Shown piece after piece: positions 28,598 to 32,000 of a stretch of 32,000 bases of DNA. Each line of letters opens with the position of its first letter. Position 1 is the first letter of the stretch. Made by a program: the position numbers and the translations under genes. The notes under the pieces were generated by a model. The model was not told the origin of the DNA and did no database searches. It worked only from the letters and a program-made list of their open reading frames with translations. The DNA comes from Synechococcus elongatus PCC 6301 (GTDB taxonomy: Bacteria > Cyanobacteriota > Cyanobacteriia > Synechococcales > Synechococcaceae), in assembly GCF_000010065.1 (NCBI RefSeq), contig NC_006576.1, positions 630,001-662,000 of the forward strand, given 5' to 3'.

Positions 28598-29062
28598 ATG
28601 GCCTTCTGGTTACTCAAGTCTGAGCCTGATGTCTATGGCATTGCTGATCTCGAACGCGAGGGTGAAACCCTCTGGGATGGCGTGCGCAATTATCAAGCGC
28701 GCAACTTCCTGCGCCAAATGGCAGTGGGCGATCGTGCTTTTTTCTACCACTCCAACACCAAGCCACCGGGCATTGTCGGCCTGATGACAGTGAGCGCCAC
28801 GGAGCAAGTCGATCCCAGCCAGTTTGATCCCGATAGTGATTACTACGATCCGCGATCGCAAGCGGATAACCCGACTTGGATCACCGTCAAGTTGATCTTT
28901 GGCGATCGCTTTCAACCAGGTTTGACGCTCGCAGAATTACGGGCTGAATTCACCACCGAAGACTTGCTGATTCTGCGCCCGGGCAATCGGCTCTCAGTCA
29001 CGCCGGTCGAGGAAGACGTGGCGGAACGGCTTCTACAACGCTTGCGATCGCCGGCAATTTAA
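28598..29062 (+). CDS. EVE domain protein
   Basis: MAFWLLKSEPDVYGIADLEREGETLWDGVRNYQARNFLRQMAVGDRAFFYHSNTKPPGIVGLMTV. Confidence 0.93.
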   Translation: MAFWLLKSEPDVYGIADLEREGETLWDGVRNYQARNFLRQMAVGDRAFFYHSNTKPPGIVGLMTVSATEQVDPSQFDPDSDYYDPRSQADNPTWITVKLIFGDRFQPGLTLAELRAEFTTEDLLILRPGNRLSVTPVEEDVAERLLQRLRSPAI

Positions 29063-29185
29063 AAAGCTGCAGGAAATCTGCGATCGCGGGCATCAACGGT
29101 TGCAAATTTCTGCATCTAGACGCTGCAGGGCTGGTTTTCGCAGCAAGACTTGCTAGCCTCTGAGCAATTAGGGAGGAAGACGATT

Positions 29186-29977
29186 ATGGGCTATCGACTC
29201 AGCGCGACCCGCCTTCAGACCTATCATCGCTGTGCCCAGGCCTACTACTGGCGCTATGAGCAGCGGCTGCCTGGCCCTGCCGGTTTTGGAAACACAGCAC
29301 TGGGCACCAGTCTTCATCGCTGTTTGGCGCAGTTTCATCGCGACTGGTCAGGACTGGAACCCCAACCGCCGATCGCTTGGCTGGCAGACTGCTGGCAACA
29401 GGCCGCGACCGCTCTCAATGCCGAACAACAGCATCAGGGCTGGCAAATTCTAGAGACTTACTACCAGCAACATATCCTGACAAAAGCAACTTGGACCCGC
29501 CCTTTAGCAGTCGAAGGTCGGATTCAAGCCACCCTTGTTTTAGAAGAAATTGAGTTTTTAGTCACGGGTCGCTACGACCGTTTAGATTTGGAAGAAGATG
29601 GCTTGCACTTGGTTGATTACAAATCAAGTCAGCGCTTTGATCCGCCCTCATCTAGCCAGATCGATGTGCAGTTAGGACTCTACCAATTGGCACTAGAACC
29701 CCGCTTTGGACCCCTGAGGAGCTTGAATTGGTTCCATCTTCGCAGTGGCCAAATCTATCGCTATAACTGCACAGAAGAGCAACGCCAAACTGTCCTTGCT
29801 CAGATTAGTGAGTTGGCGCGACAGATTCGCTCTGATCAGCAATGGCAACCGCAGGTGGGTGAGCAATGTCGCAGTTGTAGCTATCGACGCTTTTGCCCAG
29901 CAGTCAATGCTCAAGCTGAACCGTTGCCTGAGCCGACTCATCGTCCCCATCGCTTGCAATTAGCCTTAGCGCTCTAA
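29186..29977 (+). CDS. PD-(D/E)XK nuclease family protein with RecB/Cas4-like cysteine cluster
   Basis: SATRLQTYHRCAQAYYWRY, LVTGRYDRLDLEEDGLHLVDYKSS, CRSCSYRRFCPA. Confidence 0.88.
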   Translation: MGYRLSATRLQTYHRCAQAYYWRYEQRLPGPAGFGNTALGTSLHRCLAQFHRDWSGLEPQPPIAWLADCWQQAATALNAEQQHQGWQILETYYQQHILTKATWTRPLAVEGRIQATLVLEEIEFLVTGRYDRLDLEEDGLHLVDYKSSQRFDPPSSSQIDVQLGLYQLALEPRFGPLRSLNWFHLRSGQIYRYNCTEEQRQTVLAQISELARQIRSDQQWQPQVGEQCRSCSYRRFCPAVNAQAEPLPEPTHRPHRLQLALAL

Positions 29978-30120
29978 AGCCTTTGGGACGAGCCATCAGC
30001 TCAATTAAGTGCTGTTGGAATTACGAGGTTTCTGGATCAATGGTGGCAGCGTGAGCCAGGCTTTCATACTCAGTAGCCCTCTAGCGGCACGCTATTCTCT
30101 TGTGGCGTGACCTCAAGACT

Positions 30121-30987
30121 TCACTGCAGGCGCATGCTGATGTCGAGCCAAGGCGATCGCGTGATCGGGGCACTGCTGGAAATGTAATCCACGCCAGTTT
30201 CCGCGATCGCTCGGATATTTTCGAGACTGATGTTGCTAGAAACTTCAATCTTGGTGCGGGGAGCACGATCGCGAATGACTTGAACAGCGGCTTGGACTTG
30301 GGCAAGATTCATGTTGTCGAGCATGATCACCCCGACGCCTGCGGAGATAGCTTCCATCACCTGCCCAAGGGTCTCGGTTTCGACCTCAATAATTAACGGG
30401 AATGGGAGTTGCGATCGCAACTTTTTGATCGCTGCCGCAATACTGCCCCCCGCCGCTGCAATGTGATTGTCTTTCACCATGACGGCATCATCTAAGCCGA
30501 GACGGTGATTCGTACCACCGCCGACTCGAGTGGCGTACTTCTCAAGTAACCGCAGACCTGGCGTTGTTTTGCGCGTATCGACAAACTGAGTCGGTAAATC
30601 AGCCAGCTGATCGACAAAGCGACGGGTTGCTGTGGCCACCCCGCTTAGCCGCATCGCCACATTAAGAGCCGCCCGCTCACCACTGAGCAGTGAAGCCAGA
30701 GGGCCTTCCAACTCAGCAATCACTTGGCCGCTACCGCACGCAAAGCCTTCGGCCAGCTTGGCTGTGCACTTCACCTGCGGATCGAGCAACTGCAACATCC
30801 GAAAGGCGATCGGTAAGCCTGCGATGATACCCTCACTTTTGGCAACCCAAGTCGCCTTGCCGGTCGTACCCTCCAGCCCTAAACCTTGGGCTGAGTGATC
30901 ACCACGTCCCAAATCTTCGCGCGACCAGTCAGACAGAATCGGGTCGAGCAGGATCCAAGGGGGCAACATGGGGACGATCGCAAACAC
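30121..30987 (-). CDS. nadC: Nicotinate-nucleotide pyrophosphorylase (carboxylating)
   Basis: LSGERAALNVAMRLSGVATATRRFVD, VDTRKTTPGLRLLEKYATRVGGGTNHRLGLDDAVMVKDNHI, MLDNMNLAQVQAAVQ, SSNISLENIRAIAETGVDYISS. Confidence 0.96.
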   Translation of the reverse strand: MFAIVPMLPPWILLDPILSDWSREDLGRGDHSAQGLGLEGTTGKATWVAKSEGIIAGLPIAFRMLQLLDPQVKCTAKLAEGFACGSGQVIAELEGPLASLLSGERAALNVAMRLSGVATATRRFVDQLADLPTQFVDTRKTTPGLRLLEKYATRVGGGTNHRLGLDDAVMVKDNHIAAAGGSIAAAIKKLRSQLPFPLIIEVETETLGQVMEAISAGVGVIMLDNMNLAQVQAAVQVIRDRAPRTKIEVSSNISLENIRAIAETGVDYISSSAPITRSPWLDISMRLQ

Positions 30988-31068
30988 CGCCTTTTATTGT
31001 CTCCCGCTTTGGAGTCCTAGGAGCAGGTCTGCTACAACGGCAGTGACGGTCTGCTCTGGGGCTTGTTG

Positions 31069-32000
31069 ATGCCGTTCTTGCGTTGTGGGTTGACTCGCTG
31101 GCGATCGCTGCGGCTATTGCCCCTGCTACTCACCCTATTCATCGTCCTTGCGCTCGGCGGGCTCGGAACAGGAACCCAGCGATCAGCCGCTGCGGATTCG
31201 ACCGTTGTGCTGCGAGCGCTGCTACCCGCACCGTTTCGAGAGGCGATGCAACCGGCGATCGCTCGTTTTACGGCTGAACATCCTGAAATTCAGCTGGAAT
31301 TGGTGGCGGGGCCAAATGACACCAGCCTGGTGTCCGACCTCTACACCACCGCTTTTTTGCTTGGGAATGCACCCTACGATTTGGTCTTTCTGGATGTGAC
31401 TTGGCTGCCAAAATTTGTTGCCGCCGGTTGGTTGCTGGATCTGAGCGATCGCGTTTTGCCTGAAATCCAAGCCGAATTTTTGCCCGCAGCTCTGAATGGC
31501 AGTTTTTATCGCGATCGCCTCTATCGCCTGCCTTTGAATGCGGCGGTTGGGCTGCTTTACTACCGGCAGGACTTGATGCCCGAGCCGCCCCAAACTTTCA
31601 CGGAGCTGGTGCAGCGATCGCAACAACTGCAAGCGCAGGGAGTCGTGCCTTGGGGCTACGTTTGGCAGGGCAAACAGTACGAGGGCTTAGTCTGCAACTT
31701 TCTAGAAGTGCTGGCGGGCTTTGGCGGCTACTGGATTGATCCACAAACCGGCGAGGTTGGATTGGATCATCCCGAAGCGATCGCGGCGGCGGATTGGCTG
31801 CACAGCACGATCACCGACCAGATTTCGCCCGCGGGGGTCAGCACCTTTCAGGAGAATGAAGCACTCAAGCTGTTTGAAACCGGTCAGAGTGCCTTTATGC
31901 GCAACTGGCCCTATGCGGAAATGCTGCTGGAGCGACCGGAATCGGCAGTGCGGGGCAAGGTCGGGATTGCGCCGATGGTCCATGCGCCCGGCCAAACCAG
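31069..32000 (+). CDS. ABC transporter extracellular sugar-binding protein, N-terminal part (runs off window)
   Basis: Read directly from the sequence: MPFLRCGLTRWRSLRLLPLLLLTLFIVLALGGLG (signal/anchor)...VVLRALLPAPFREAMQPAIARFTAEHPEIQLELVAGPNDTSLVSDLYTTAFLLGNAPYDLVFLDVTWLPKFVAAGWLLDLSD...EALKLFETGQSAFMRNWPYAEMLL. No stop before the window end, which explains its absence from the ORF track. Confidence 0.92.
   Translation, partial: MPFLRCGLTRWRSLRLLPLLLTLFIVLALGGLGTGTQRSAAADSTVVLRALLPAPFREAMQPAIARFTAEHPEIQLELVAGPNDTSLVSDLYTTAFLLGNAPYDLVFLDVTWLPKFVAAGWLLDLSDRVLPEIQAEFLPAALNGSFYRDRLYRLPLNAAVGLLYYRQDLMPEPPQTFTELVQRSQQLQAQGVVPWGYVWQGKQYEGLVCNFLEVLAGFGGYWIDPQTGEVGLDHPEAIAAADWLHSTITDQISPAGVSTFQENEALKLFETGQSAFMRNWPYAEMLLERPESAVRGKVGIAPMVHAPGQT

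Noticed and set aside
29186-29977. Cas4-like nuclease considered as evidence of a CRISPR-Cas locus
   Set aside because: No direct repeats, cas1/cas2 or effector genes are visible anywhere in the window.
31148-31632. Small ORFs over the start of the sugar-binding protein
   Set aside because: The true coding frame from 31069 shows clear domain sequence; these are shadow frames.

Overview
The window looks like ordinary cyanobacterial core chromosome. The evidence is dense HIP1 palindromes (GCGATCGC), a cyanobacterial-type tmRNA tag, petH with a CpcD-like linker, and prk. I believe it is Synechococcus elongatus PCC 7942/6301 or very close, but that is from memory and not checked. Supported content, in order: 3' part of a HerA/DUF87-type ATPase, ssrA (tmRNA), LysE-type transporter, DinB-like protein, petH (-), prk (+), a large DHH+CBS+nucleotidyltransferase fusion (-), rsmH, UDP-glucose dehydrogenase, RidA (-), a SAP/Rho-N-like + DUF4912-like protein, a CrtD/CrtH-type carotenoid oxidoreductase (-), a Tat-signal dienelactone hydrolase, hemC (-), an inositol-phosphatase family enzyme (-), an alkyltransferase-like (PWHR) protein overlapping rsmB, a LytR-CpsA-Psr protein (-), a MalK/UgpC-type ATPase (-), obgE, purN, cobO and a His-rich CobW-type G3E GTPase (-), a YgfZ-like protein, an EVE-domain protein, a PD-(D/E)XK nuclease with Cas4-like cysteines, nadC (-), and the start of an ABC sugar-binding protein that runs off the window and is missing from the ORF track. 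I saw no CRISPR array, transposon, prophage, toxin-antitoxin or defence island, and nothing I would call a new multi-gene system. The most useful second looks are the long, possibly structured prk leader, the out-of-frame ATL/rsmB overlap, the DHH-CBS-CCA fusion, the solitary Cas4-like nuclease, the His-rich CobW GTPase next to cobO, and a terminator-like hairpin inside the 3' end of a convergent gene.
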